Made by a program: the position numbers and the translations under genes | The notes under the pieces: generated by a model | Database searches by the model: none | Told to the model about the DNA's origin: nothing | What the model saw: the letters and a program-made list of their open reading frames with translations, nothing else | Origin: Chrysochromulina tobinii | Lineage: Eukaryota | Direction: 5' to 3' | NCBI GenBank assembly: GCA_001275005.1 | Contig: JWZX01003368.1 | Span: 1 to 37,387 of the forward strand | Length of the DNA stretch: 37,387 nucleotides | In this document: positions 28,238-37,387 of the stretch, one piece after another | How positions within the stretch are numbered: the stretch's first letter is position 1 | Layout of the letters: every line of letters starts with the position of its first letter

Positions 28238-30751
28238 ATGCTGCCAAGGACCCTCGCTATGCTGCCCAGGACAGAACGGCGACGGCGAGAGCAGCTGTAT
28301 ACGAACAACGGGCGCGAGCCGAGCCGCTGCCAATGGGTCATCGATCCACGCGTCACAGAGTGGATCGCCTACTGGGACTTGGCGATGGGCTTGGCGCTCA
28401 TCTACACTGCGATGGCGACGCCCGTCGAAGTCGCCTTCTTGGTCCCACAAACAGACGACTCACGCTGGCAGGACGGGCTCTTCCTATGCAACCGCGTCGT
28501 CGACCTCGTCTTCATCTGGGACCTGCATCTCCAGTTCCGCATCGCCTTCAAGAGCGAGAGCGCCGAGGAGGGCATCAGGTGGCACACGCGGCCGCGCGAA
28601 ATTGCGCGCCACTACTTGCTCTCGTCGTGGTTCTGTGTGGACGTGTTCTCGATCTTCACTTCGATCTTCGATTTGGGCGTGGTGGGCGGCACCGAAGGCG
28701 TCTTCGCGCTCCGCGTCGTGCGCATCCTGCGGCTGACGAAGCTCGTGCGCCTCGCACTCTCTTCGCGCATCTTCAAACGGTGGGAGTTGAGCGTCTCCAT
28801 CAACTACGCGTACCTATCCATGGGGACAACGATGGTGGCGATCTTTCTCGGCTGTCATTGGATGGCATGCGTATGGGGCCTGCAGGCATCCTTTGCACCG
28901 CTCGAGTCATGGCCGCGAAGCAAGGCCTACTGCGTGCCCTGGGGCCACCCAGACGAGGCCACCGCGCGCGCGATGCTCGCGACGAACTGCTCGGCGATCG
29001 CAAGCGCCGTGCACCGGAGGGCCGACCACTGCGAGATCGGCACTTGTACGGGCGGGGTGTGCTCTGGCGGCTTCAGCTGCGTCGATGCCTGGTCGATGTA
29101 CGCGTACTCACTCTACTTTTCCGTCATGACCATAACCTCCGTCGGGTATGGTGACATCACGGCGACACCTTTCAACCCGACGGAGCAGGTGATCGCGTCG
29201 GCCATAATGCTCGGCTCGGGCATGCTCTGGGGTTATCTGATCGGTACCTTCTGCGGGCTCGCAGCCAACCTCTCGCCCGCCGCCGCCGCCTTCCATGAGT
29301 CCCTCTCACAGCTGAACAGCTTCATGTCGACGCACCTCCTGCCCGCTGAGACGCGCTTCCGGCTGCGCGAGTACATGCACGAGATGGCGAACCTTCGCAC
29401 GGGGTCGCAGTCGCGGCTCATGCTCAGCCACCTCTCGCCCGCGATGCAGGGCGAGGTGCTGTGGCTCATCCATCACAGGTGGATCCGCAAGGTGTGGTAC
29501 TTACGGATGCTCTCGTCGCATCACGGCATGTTGATCCAGGTCGCGTCCAAGCTGGCCAACATGGTCTTCCCGCCGGCCGAGTTCTGCCCGTCGGGCTACA
29601 TGTACATTGTGCAGCGTGGCTCGGTGCTCTGGGCGGGTCGAGTGATCCGCGAGGGCGGTGTGTGGGGCGATGACGTGATCCTCGAGTCTGAGGACCTGCA
29701 GCTCGACTTCCCAGCGCTCGCGGCCTCGTACCTGCTCGTATTCACCATCAACGGCGCCTCCGTCATGCAGACGATGCGCAACTTCCCCGAGGCGTACAAC
29801 GAGTTCCACAGGGTGCGATCCCGCTGGCGCATCACGCGCGCCCTCGTACGGGAAGCCGAGCGGCGTGCCTTCAAAAGCGGCGCCCAGTTCCGCAACCGTC
29901 TGCGCCCGATCTATGACAAGCAGCTCGCGCGCGAGATGGACGAAAGGGCGCCCGGCAATTGGCGAAAGAAGCTGGACCTGAAGCTCGAGACAATGGCCGG
30001 CCACCTGCCAACTCTCGAGCAGACTACTTTGCATGCAGCGTCGCGGGGCAGTTCGGGCGCGATCGCTTCACTGTCGGGACGCCGTGCGCGCGCGCGCAAG
30101 GCCTCCGTCATTCCAAGGATGCCCCATGTGTGGGGCGTCAAGCACGTGCTTCCAGCTGACTTCGAGGCGCGGAGCAGGGCGGAGAGCTCGTCGCGCGGCT
30201 CCGTACTCTACGCTGCTAAGCAGATCGGCGTCGCCATCATGAAACAGCAGATGTCGGCCTCCGTCGAGGCGCAGGCGGATCACCCGCCACACCAGCTGCC
30301 CAATCTCTACAGCACGCACGCCGACGAGGACACGAGCGGCTGTGCGCATGCTCACGAGACGGCGGCTGCCGTCGAGCGACTCGAGATGCGCCTTGCTAGC
30401 TCGCACGAGAAGCTCGAAGCGAGGATGTGCGAGCTCGAGAGACTCCTGCTCAGAGCGTTCGGCCCGTCCTCGGCGCTCGATGCCGCTTGCAACAGAGCCT
30501 CGGACCCCGGCGCCGTAAGTGCTCCAGCGCGTTTACAGCCGGGTGCAACACCGGGCTCCATCTGTACCAGACGGATTGGCCAGGGCAGTACCTCGACGGC
30601 GGCTTGGGAGGGGCCGCTCGCTCGCCTTTCTATTCTCGCCAAAGCCACCGGCGCTGGCGCCAGAGAGACGGCTTCTTGGGACGGACCGCTCGCGGGCTTT
30701 CTCTTCTCCCCGGCGCCACCGCCGCGGGTGCCAGAGAGAGAGGATGTCTGA
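28238..30751 (+). CDS. Voltage-gated K+ channel of the CNBD (EAG/ERG/AKT-like) class
   Basis: S4 LRVVRILRLTKLVRL; GCHWMACVWG; pore YFSVMTITSVGYGDITA; C-linker and cNMP-binding-like domain (MYIVQRGSV..GGVWGDD). Start at 28238 or 28259 (21-nt tandem duplication). Confidence 0.92.
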   Translation: MLPRTLAMLPRTERRRREQLYTNNGREPSRCQWVIDPRVTEWIAYWDLAMGLALIYTAMATPVEVAFLVPQTDDSRWQDGLFLCNRVVDLVFIWDLHLQFRIAFKSESAEEGIRWHTRPREIARHYLLSSWFCVDVFSIFTSIFDLGVVGGTEGVFALRVVRILRLTKLVRLALSSRIFKRWELSVSINYAYLSMGTTMVAIFLGCHWMACVWGLQASFAPLESWPRSKAYCVPWGHPDEATARAMLATNCSAIASAVHRRADHCEIGTCTGGVCSGGFSCVDAWSMYAYSLYFSVMTITSVGYGDITATPFNPTEQVIASAIMLGSGMLWGYLIGTFCGLAANLSPAAAAFHESLSQLNSFMSTHLLPAETRFRLREYMHEMANLRTGSQSRLMLSHLSPAMQGEVLWLIHHRWIRKVWYLRMLSSHHGMLIQVASKLANMVFPPAEFCPSGYMYIVQRGSVLWAGRVIREGGVWGDDVILESEDLQLDFPALAASYLLVFTINGASVMQTMRNFPEAYNEFHRVRSRWRITRALVREAERRAFKSGAQFRNRLRPIYDKQLAREMDERAPGNWRKKLDLKLETMAGHLPTLEQTTLHAASRGSSGAIASLSGRRARARKASVIPRMPHVWGVKHVLPADFEARSRAESSSRGSVLYAAKQIGVAIMKQQMSASVEAQADHPPHQLPNLYSTHADEDTSGCAHAHETAAAVERLEMRLASSHEKLEARMCELERLLLRAFGPSSALDAACNRASDPGAVSAPARLQPGATPGSICTRRIGQGSTSTAAWEGPLARLSILAKATGAGARETASWDGPLAGFLFSPAPPPRVPEREDV

Positions 30752-30897
30752 CTGAGATCTCGAGTCCACCAAGGAGTCCACTTCATCTCCACCCCCACCC
30801 CGAGAGTCGGAGCTTGAACAGTTCTGTACACTGCGCTCGTCAAGTAGTCTGTCGGCGGCATTGAGATGTGCGCGTCGCTCCCTGCCGAGGCGAGATG

Positions 30898-30922
30898 GCA
30901 AAATACGTGAACGTGAACGTGA
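30898..30922 (+). promoter_or_regulatory. Candidate promoter motif gcaaaatacgtgaacgtga(acgtga), copy 2
   Basis: Identical 19-mer at 25278; repeated ACGTG cores. Confidence 0.45.
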
Positions 30923-31082
30923 CGTGTCCTCGTTCGTTTCAGACTTTATCCAATGTGACCGAGGGAAACGTGTGTGTTAAGGAATCATCCATTTACAGAC
31001 ATATTCACACTTCACACTCCGCATTCATGTTCATACTTGTCGGGCCTGGCCGATTCCTCCACCCGCCCCGCGCGATCGCGAC

Positions 31083-32258
31083 ATGTTCACCTGTGACGCG
31101 CTCACGCCCTCTCTGTGCTCACTCACTGTCAGAGAAGGCACTCTCCAGGTTCGAGGTCTCAACCTTACGTACTGGAAATACTCGGGCTCCAAGAAACCGA
31201 CGGGTGAGCCCATCGTCATGGTTCACGGTGGGCCTGGCTGGAGTCACCACTACATGCTGCCGCTGAAGCAGCAAGCATGCCGCGGCCGTGACGTGTACTT
31301 CTACGATCAGATGGGCGCAGGGCTCTCTGAGCGGCCGGTGCCATCCGCCAAAACCTCAGCGCCGTGGCTCTTCGATCTCTCGTACTACGCAGAGGAGCTC
31401 ACGGCTCTGATTGCACACCTCGGTCTGACGCGTCACCACGTGCTCGGCTCGTCGTGGGGCACCATCGTCGCACAGCTCTATGCTCTGACGCATCCAGCCG
31501 GCCTCTCAAGCCTCGTTCTCTCGGGCCCGCTCTCCGACGGTCAGCTCTACATTCGGTCGCAATGGGATGAGGCCGAGGGTAGCCTCGGCTCCCTGCCCCC
31601 CTTCGTCCAGCGCACGCTGAAGTCACTGGACGCAGCGGGCAGGTACGACTCGGCTGAGTACGTCGCGATCGTGCGCGCGCTCACGCCCTTTTTCACAGTG
31701 CGCACGACGCCGGCGCCCGACTGTTTCGAGACGGCCAATAACCACATGAACTCCGAGATTTACGTGGGGATCCAAGGGGCCTCGGAGTTCACCATTGGAG
31801 GCGTGCTGAAGCATTGGAACATCACGGGTCAGCTCCCGGCGCTGGGCCATCTGCCGACGCTACTCACGTACGGTCGCTACGACACGATGCGCCCACCGTT
31901 GATCCGCGCGATGGCGCGAGCGCTGCGGAATGCACGCCAGGTAGAGTTTCCTCATTCCGGCCACTGCTCGATGATCGATGATCCCGGGCTGATGAACGAT
32001 GCGATTGACAGCTTCTTTTTGTGCGTGGAGCTCGGCGCTTGCTCGAAGCGGGCTGCGCATGAGCCGACCCATCACGTCACCGGCGCGTTCTTGCAGGTCG
32101 ACAGCGCGCCGTCACGAGCGCCGTTTATCGGGACGTCACCTGTCGCCTTGATGACGGCCGCTACAGCCATCTTCGTGGGTGGGGCGAGTGCAGGCTTCCT
32201 CATGGCTCGCAGGGCCCCTCCGTATCAGCTCCTGCCCCCAGCTCTTGGGCTTCTGTGA
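31083..32258 (+). CDS. Proline iminopeptidase (peptidase S33, alpha/beta hydrolase) with C-terminal hydrophobic helix
   Basis: VHGGPGWSHHY, FYDQMGAGLS, nucleophile GSSWG, GRYD, SGHCSMIDDP. Confidence 0.9.
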   Translation: MFTCDALTPSLCSLTVREGTLQVRGLNLTYWKYSGSKKPTGEPIVMVHGGPGWSHHYMLPLKQQACRGRDVYFYDQMGAGLSERPVPSAKTSAPWLFDLSYYAEELTALIAHLGLTRHHVLGSSWGTIVAQLYALTHPAGLSSLVLSGPLSDGQLYIRSQWDEAEGSLGSLPPFVQRTLKSLDAAGRYDSAEYVAIVRALTPFFTVRTTPAPDCFETANNHMNSEIYVGIQGASEFTIGGVLKHWNITGQLPALGHLPTLLTYGRYDTMRPPLIRAMARALRNARQVEFPHSGHCSMIDDPGLMNDAIDSFFLCVELGACSKRAAHEPTHHVTGAFLQVDSAPSRAPFIGTSPVALMTAATAIFVGGASAGFLMARRAPPYQLLPPALGLL

Positions 32259-33010
32259 CTATTCTGTGACACCTCTGCCCTGTGTGTGTCAGTCTCAGTG
32301 TCTGGATCGAGGATGGGGGGTGTGTTTGGGGGTGAACATGCTGATGACCAGGTCTGCGCAGAGCGCACTGCGGGGCTCCTGAGCATGTGCAGCGCGCTAC
32401 ATTCTTTTACCCGACGCTGAACGAAACGGGGGAGGGGTACCCGGAGTAGGGCCTAGAGGGAGGGATCATCTGAGGGATCATATCTGAGCTCATCTTAGGA
32501 TTCGCACACAATCCTCAACCTGGATGCTGGAAGTGAATGAAGTGACCGCGAACGTGCAAGCTGGAACCTTATTTGTTCATACCCTTAATCTGAGTGTGCC
32601 GTTCGTCGCAGTGGAAATCGCCGATGGCGATGTTATGGCGATGCCGCCGATGCCGCGCGCCGCGAAATCTGATGTGGCGATGTGGGGATTACCGGGACAA
32701 TGAATGACGATGACGAAGCACGGGAAAAAGTTTCGAGATGACGTACCCGGTATCTTTACGTTGACGACTCGATGACCCGAGCCCCGAGCCTTTCCCGCTG
32801 GAAAACATGCTTCCCAATCACACGATCAACCAGCGCCTTCTCGGGCGCATGAACACACCCACACATCTCTCTGAGCGGGCAGTAACAGTGCCGTAGCACC
32901 GGTTGTCGCGTCTGTCGTGTTAACGTTCACACCTCACACGACGGTTGGTTGGTTATCATGCTTGTAGCGTGCACTTGTAGCGAGGGTGTGGCTCACGCGC
33001 TTGTCGGGTC

Positions 33011-34150
33011 ATGGTTGTTACGCAACAGAGCAAGCTCCGCAGCGATCCATTTGGACAATGGTCGCCGTACGGCAGGCATGAAGCTGAGGCCGACCCTGGC
33101 GAGTGGTTGCCTGTGTCGCAACCAAATGCAGCGCCGCCGCTGCATGGAGTGCCGAAAGAATACGGGCTGCGCGCAGTGGCCGCACAAGGCTATGGCTCGC
33201 GCGAGTCGTTACTGAGCGAGAAATCGCTCCTGAGCGAGAACTCAGACTGGACGCCGCATCAAACAGTGGCTTTGCTCTCGACCCACCGTTCCGCTCCGAC
33301 GTTCCGGCCGCGAAGTGCGCCGGCACATCGGCCAGCTCCACTTTTCTTGCTTAAGAGTGCGTCGACTGCATCTGTCGCTGCTCCGTGTCGACCTTCGTCT
33401 GCCGCTACACCGTCCGGCGGTGGAAGTGCTTCGGGCCTTGCGTCTGGCGGTGATAGCGGCGCAGCGCTAGCCGCCTCTTTCACGCTCGCGAGCTCGATCG
33501 AGCTGGCTGGTGATAGCGCTACAGCGCGCCGCCTCAGGCCGCCTCGACCTCAGTCGGCGAGTGTGCTGGGAGGTACTCGGCCATCCAGGACAGAGCTCTG
33601 GGCTGCCAAGAAGGCCGCCAAAGAAAGCCGTGGCCTCCAAGCTTCAGTGACGCAATCGAGGACCGAGCACCGGGCCACGCAACAAGCTACCGGTATGAAA
33701 GAGAGGAGAAAGGTGTTGACGGATGGGCATCCCCAGGATGGGGAGGCGAATTCCGAGAGCATGCCTCTGGATCGGGTGAGCAGGTGGCACGGATCGACAG
33801 AAGCCCGCACTCAACCCGACCCGCTGCTCGCAACCACGCAACGCGAGAACGTGCAGCGCCAGAGTAACGAGCTCTTCATGGCCCATAAGCTGGAGGAGAT
33901 GAGTGCGCAGATCCTGCGCTTGGACGCGACCATACGCTCGAGGAACGAATGCATCGCGACCCTGACGCGCGAGCTGGACACGACGCGGCACGCGCTGCAG
34001 GTGGCAAACAGTCGCGTCTGGCAGCCCGGCGAGAATTGGCAGCCGGGCAAGTACGCTGGAACAAGCAGTGGGGTCGTGAATGGTGTTGGGGGATCAGATG
34101 AAGCTGAGCCAGTGCGCGTGTGCCGCGTCAGCATCAGCGTGCGTCGATGA
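33011..34150 (+). CDS. Hypothetical protein, low-complexity with C-terminal coiled coil
   Basis: 379-aa ATG-initiated ORF between intergenic-like flanks; heptad segment KLEEMSAQILRLDATIRSRNECIATLTRELDTTRHAL. No family recognised. Confidence 0.55.
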   Translation: MVVTQQSKLRSDPFGQWSPYGRHEAEADPGEWLPVSQPNAAPPLHGVPKEYGLRAVAAQGYGSRESLLSEKSLLSENSDWTPHQTVALLSTHRSAPTFRPRSAPAHRPAPLFLLKSASTASVAAPCRPSSAATPSGGGSASGLASGGDSGAALAASFTLASSIELAGDSATARRLRPPRPQSASVLGGTRPSRTELWAAKKAAKESRGLQASVTQSRTEHRATQQATGMKERRKVLTDGHPQDGEANSESMPLDRVSRWHGSTEARTQPDPLLATTQRENVQRQSNELFMAHKLEEMSAQILRLDATIRSRNECIATLTRELDTTRHALQVANSRVWQPGENWQPGKYAGTSSGVVNGVGGSDEAEPVRVCRVSISVRR

Positions 34151-34541
34151 GTGCGCCAGTGGCGGCAGGCAACCTGTGGTCGGTCATGATTATACTGCTA
34201 CTTTTCGGTATGTGTGAATCCAGTTGCTGGTTCCCCAAGTGTGTGTTTCGTCGGATCGTCGCGGACAGCGCGCACATCGTCCGTCTCCGTACTTACTACT
34301 TTCGCCTTCTACTTTGTACTTAGTACTTTCGAAACAAAGTGAAGGTCAGTTGAACCGACACGCACGCGAACGCGCACCGACCAGCCAAGTCAAGTCAACC
34401 AGGCACGCGTACGCGCACCGGCCTCGTCGTGAAAAGGTGAGATCAGAATGGACTCGAACGAAAAGGTCAGCTCGACAACGCGCAAACGTGAGGAAGCTCG
34501 AGGCGAGGCAAACCCCGTTCGCTCGGTTTGGTGCGGCCGCG

Positions 34542-35696
34542 ATGTGGCCGCTGATGACCGCTGCGATCTCAATGCTGCTGCCCTCTTGTAGCATCCTACG
34601 ACACCTGTCGCCTCGGGTCATGGTTCCCGCGATGTCGGCTGCAGCGGCGGCGGCGGCGGCACCACTGCTCACCCGCCGCGCTCCGCTCTTTTCCTTTGTT
34701 GGCGCCGGGCGGGAGGAGGCGCTCGGCATGTGGGAGCGTATCGACGATGTGATCATGGGCGGCGTCAGCAGCAGTCGACTCGTGCTCGCTACCGACGCGG
34801 CCGGCGGCGCCATCTTCGAGGGGCGCATCCGCGAGCAGGGTGGCGGCTTTTGTGGCCAGCGCATGAGGTTGCTCGCGGAGCCACTGGACCTCTCGTCGGC
34901 GTCCGGCCTCTACCTGGACCTGGACGCGTGCCAGGTGGGCGTGGGCACGCGCGTTCTGAAGGTGGCCATGCGCACGCGCCAGGACAGAGGCGAGGTTGTC
35001 TACCAACGAGCCTTCCAGCCGACCGCGCGCGGGCGTGAGCTCGTCTATCTTCCCTTTGATGAGTTTCGTCTCGTGCGCGGCCCGCGGCTGGTGCCCGGCG
35101 TGCCGCCGCTCAGCCCACGCCAGGCCAATGAGACGTACCAGATCTCGCTCGTCGTCAGCAAGTTCGAGGTAAGTGAGACGGGTGCGCCACTGGCTTCGTT
35201 CAAGGAGGGACCCTTTGCCCTCCGCCTCTTCGAGGTGGGCACCTACCGGTACGTGGAGGGCGCAGCGGGCGCAGCGGCGGCGACGGCGGCGGATGCGATG
35301 ATCGCACCCGCGCCGGTGCCCGTCCCGAGGGCGCTGAGCGAGGCGGAGCAGGCAGCGGCCGCTTCGCCTCTGCTGCGTATCCTGCGGCCCGTGCTCGGGC
35401 TTCTCTTTGGAGAGGCGGCGCGCCGGAGGCGGGCGGCGACGCTCCTACTGCAGGGGCGCGGCACGGGCGCCTTTGGGCGCTGGCGGCTCGGGTGGGCTTG
35501 GCGGGCGGCCGGTACGGCCGGTCTGCTGGGCGCGGCTCGCACCACGTGCGCCCTCGCCCTTCGCGACGTTGCAGCGCTCGCCCTTACCCTGCCAGCGCAA
35601 CTCCTTTTTCGCACTGTGGTGCTGGTGTCGCGAGCGGTGCGCTGGCTCAAGGCGCGGGTGAGCGGCGGGGCCGGGCAGAAGGCGGCGGTCGCGTGA
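34542..35696 (+). CDS. CIA30 (complex I intermediate-associated protein 30) domain protein, probably plastid-targeted
   Basis: WERIDDVIMGGVSSS, FEGRIREQGGGFCGQR, VYLPFDEF, QISLVVSKFE; signal-peptide-like MWPLMTAAISMLLP followed by a transit-like segment. Confidence 0.85.
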   Translation: MWPLMTAAISMLLPSCSILRHLSPRVMVPAMSAAAAAAAAPLLTRRAPLFSFVGAGREEALGMWERIDDVIMGGVSSSRLVLATDAAGGAIFEGRIREQGGGFCGQRMRLLAEPLDLSSASGLYLDLDACQVGVGTRVLKVAMRTRQDRGEVVYQRAFQPTARGRELVYLPFDEFRLVRGPRLVPGVPPLSPRQANETYQISLVVSKFEVSETGAPLASFKEGPFALRLFEVGTYRYVEGAAGAAAATAADAMIAPAPVPVPRALSEAEQAAAASPLLRILRPVLGLLFGEAARRRRAATLLLQGRGTGAFGRWRLGWAWRAAGTAGLLGAARTTCALALRDVAALALTLPAQLLFRTVVLVSRAVRWLKARVSGGAGQKAAVA

Positions 35697-36174
35697 GAGC
35701 AGGGTAGCCATGATGGCAGCACGCGCGGTCACTGCTCGATTGCGCCGCGACGCTGTGTCTGGGTTTCGTCAAGTATCTCGTGGTGTCTCGTGGTACGGCT
35801 TTGTTGCGAGGGTGCACCAGGCGCGGCGGGGAGAGAGACTGAAGCGTTAAGGGCAGGGAGGTGTGCGTGCATGTGCCCCGCATACGGCGTTGCCCCTCAC
35901 CGACCGCGAGAACCGCGGCGCATCCACGCCGGCACAAAAGTCAAAACGGAAATAGATAGTGGGTGTCCCGCGGGACCGGAGAAATGAGGGTCTCCACCGG
36001 TCTCCACCGGTCGCCTCGCGGCGCTCGCGGCTCGGCGGCAGTCGGGCTTCTCGGGTCTCGTCTGACAAAGGGTCTGAGTAACTGAGATACAATTAACTGA
36101 ACCGCGAACCGGAACCCCATTCGTGTTAGCCTGTAGGAAGCTCGAAGCTGCGGACGCCTTGCCGTGCTCCTCCG

Positions 36175-36471
36175 TCAGAAGAGGCCCAGGAACTTCTTTG
36201 GTTCGATGGGTGGTGGCGGCGGTGCGAGTTGCGGTACGCATTGATAGACCAGCTCTTGGGCTCCAGCAGGCAGCATGTTCGTCACATGCAGCGCGAGCTG
36301 CCATGCTGTTTTCTCAAACGTGAGGACAAGGAGCGCGATGATGACGATGGACGAGATGAGCGACGCAAGGAGCGGCTTCGCGGTCGGTTTAGCTTTCGAG
36401 CTCTTGAGCAGCGCACTCTGCTGCCAGCTCTTGAGCGTCACGGTGCTGCCGGTGCTGCTCTTCCACGACAT
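36175..36471 (-). CDS. Small single-TM hypothetical protein
   Basis: 98-aa ATG ORF with hydrophobic LLASLISSIVIIALLVLTF and C-terminal KKFLGLF. Confidence 0.5.
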   Translation of the reverse strand: MSWKSSTGSTVTLKSWQQSALLKSSKAKPTAKPLLASLISSIVIIALLVLTFEKTAWQLALHVTNMLPAGAQELVYQCVPQLAPPPPPIEPKKFLGLF

Positions 36472-36610
36472 GGTAGTGTAGAGGCGCTGCCGGTCAACCT
36501 CCTAGCACGCTCCCGCGTGGTAGCGCGGCGATCCCTACACGCACCAGCAGGGGCTGATGCACCGTGACCGCGGAGAGCGCAGCTCGAAACAATCTCGATT
36601 CACCCAAAAG

Positions 36611-36640
36611 TACCGGTAAAAAGACACCGGGGGGTGCCGG
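36611..36640. repeat. Dispersed intergenic motif taccggtaaaaagacaccggggg..gccgg, copy 2
   Basis: 23 nt identical to 22958-22980. Confidence 0.8.
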
Positions 36641-36751
36641 TACTGTGCTGTGCATTACGCATCAACTTTTCACTTAATTAAGCGCTGCATTTGTCGAGTT
36701 CTTGTCGTCGCCACAGGACCAGAATTCGCCACCACTTTCGCCTCAGCAAGA

Positions 36752-36840
36752 CTTTGACGCGAAACAAAGCCCCTTGCAACAAAGCTCCCAGCCCCTTGGT
36801 CAAAGCCGCGGCGTTTCGCGTCAAAGCCCATTGCTTTGAC
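36752..36840. repeat. Perfect 14-bp inverted repeat plus overlapping 8-bp hairpin
   Basis: ctttgacgcgaaac (36752-36765) / gtttcgcgtcaaag (36813-36826); gtcaaagc-ccatt-gctttgac (36820-36840). Confidence 0.8.
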
Positions 36841-37387
36841 GAAGCACAAACACGCGGCGACTCCGACCGACGGCGATTCCGATCAAACGAGAGAGCTCCC
36901 TCAATGTCGTCCTCGCCTAGGGCTCTCTTTGTCGCGCTCGTTCTCTGCTTCGTGGGCGCTTGCCACGGTCAAGGAGGTTTACCCCCTGACCAAATGTGCT
37001 CAGAAGACCGCCGCGCGCAAAGCGAGCTCACGTGCAACCCAACATATCAGCCACCGAAGTTTCCATTTGCGTTTGTGTTAAATGGAACGCGGAGGATGAC
37101 TACCCCGGGGAACGACGACTGCGGCCCCCCCGCTGGGAGTCTAGGGGAGTGCTGGGAGTGCTGCTACAAGGAGCCACCTGCACCGCCGCCACCGCGATGC
37201 TTGGACATCAATACGCCACCTGTTGGTGATTACCGATGCGCCGATCAAGGCGGCTGGGATGCGGGGGTGAACAAGATCATGTGCTGGGTGTTCGATCCTC
37301 AGGGATTAGCGGTACAGGCACAGTGTTCCGAGCAAATCGCTGCTACAATGCCCGACAAATCCAGAGTCGCAAGCTACTCCTGCTGTG

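Noticed and set aside
32620..32690. GGCGATG-like reiterations in the intergenic region
   Set aside because: Short, irregular and low-complexity; no defined unit or boundaries.
37283..37305. GTTCGATCC T-loop/B-box-like sequence (tRNA or SINE)
   Set aside because: No cloverleaf or A-box could be built.

Overview
GC-rich, gene-dense eukaryotic (algal) genomic DNA with spliceosomal introns. It is most likely a haptophyte of the Chrysochromulina type; this is inferred from composition, gene content and intron motifs, not from a search. About 18 protein-coding genes: a sulfotransferase (5'-partial), NYN/Zc3h12a RNase, CFAP221/PCDP1, a small basic protein, MRPL47, a CAP-Gly/filamin/C2 protein, AP-3 delta, a PRMT-like methyltransferase, two EF-hand proteins, a fucosyltransferase-like GT, a SEL1 protein, an RNase H-like protein, a frameshifted TPR protein, a CNBD K+ channel, proline iminopeptidase, a CIA30-domain protein and hypotheticals. 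The standout signal is 10 introns with one unusual architecture. The 5' part of each is a direct copy (a few nt up to about 40 nt) of the start of the downstream exon and supplies the GT donor. The 3' part is one of two recurrent repeat families (A: ...CTGATKGCCTCCCTCATCAG; B: ...GCATGCAWGTGCTSACYACGRCGC...CCCCACAG) supplying branch point and acceptor. This looks like an active intron-generating system with variable-length duplications and reiterated short units, unlike classical TIR/short-TSD introners. Other signals: recurrent intergenic motifs, a 62-nt tandem array next to an orphan family-A acceptor, one in-frame TAG and one 1-nt frameshift.
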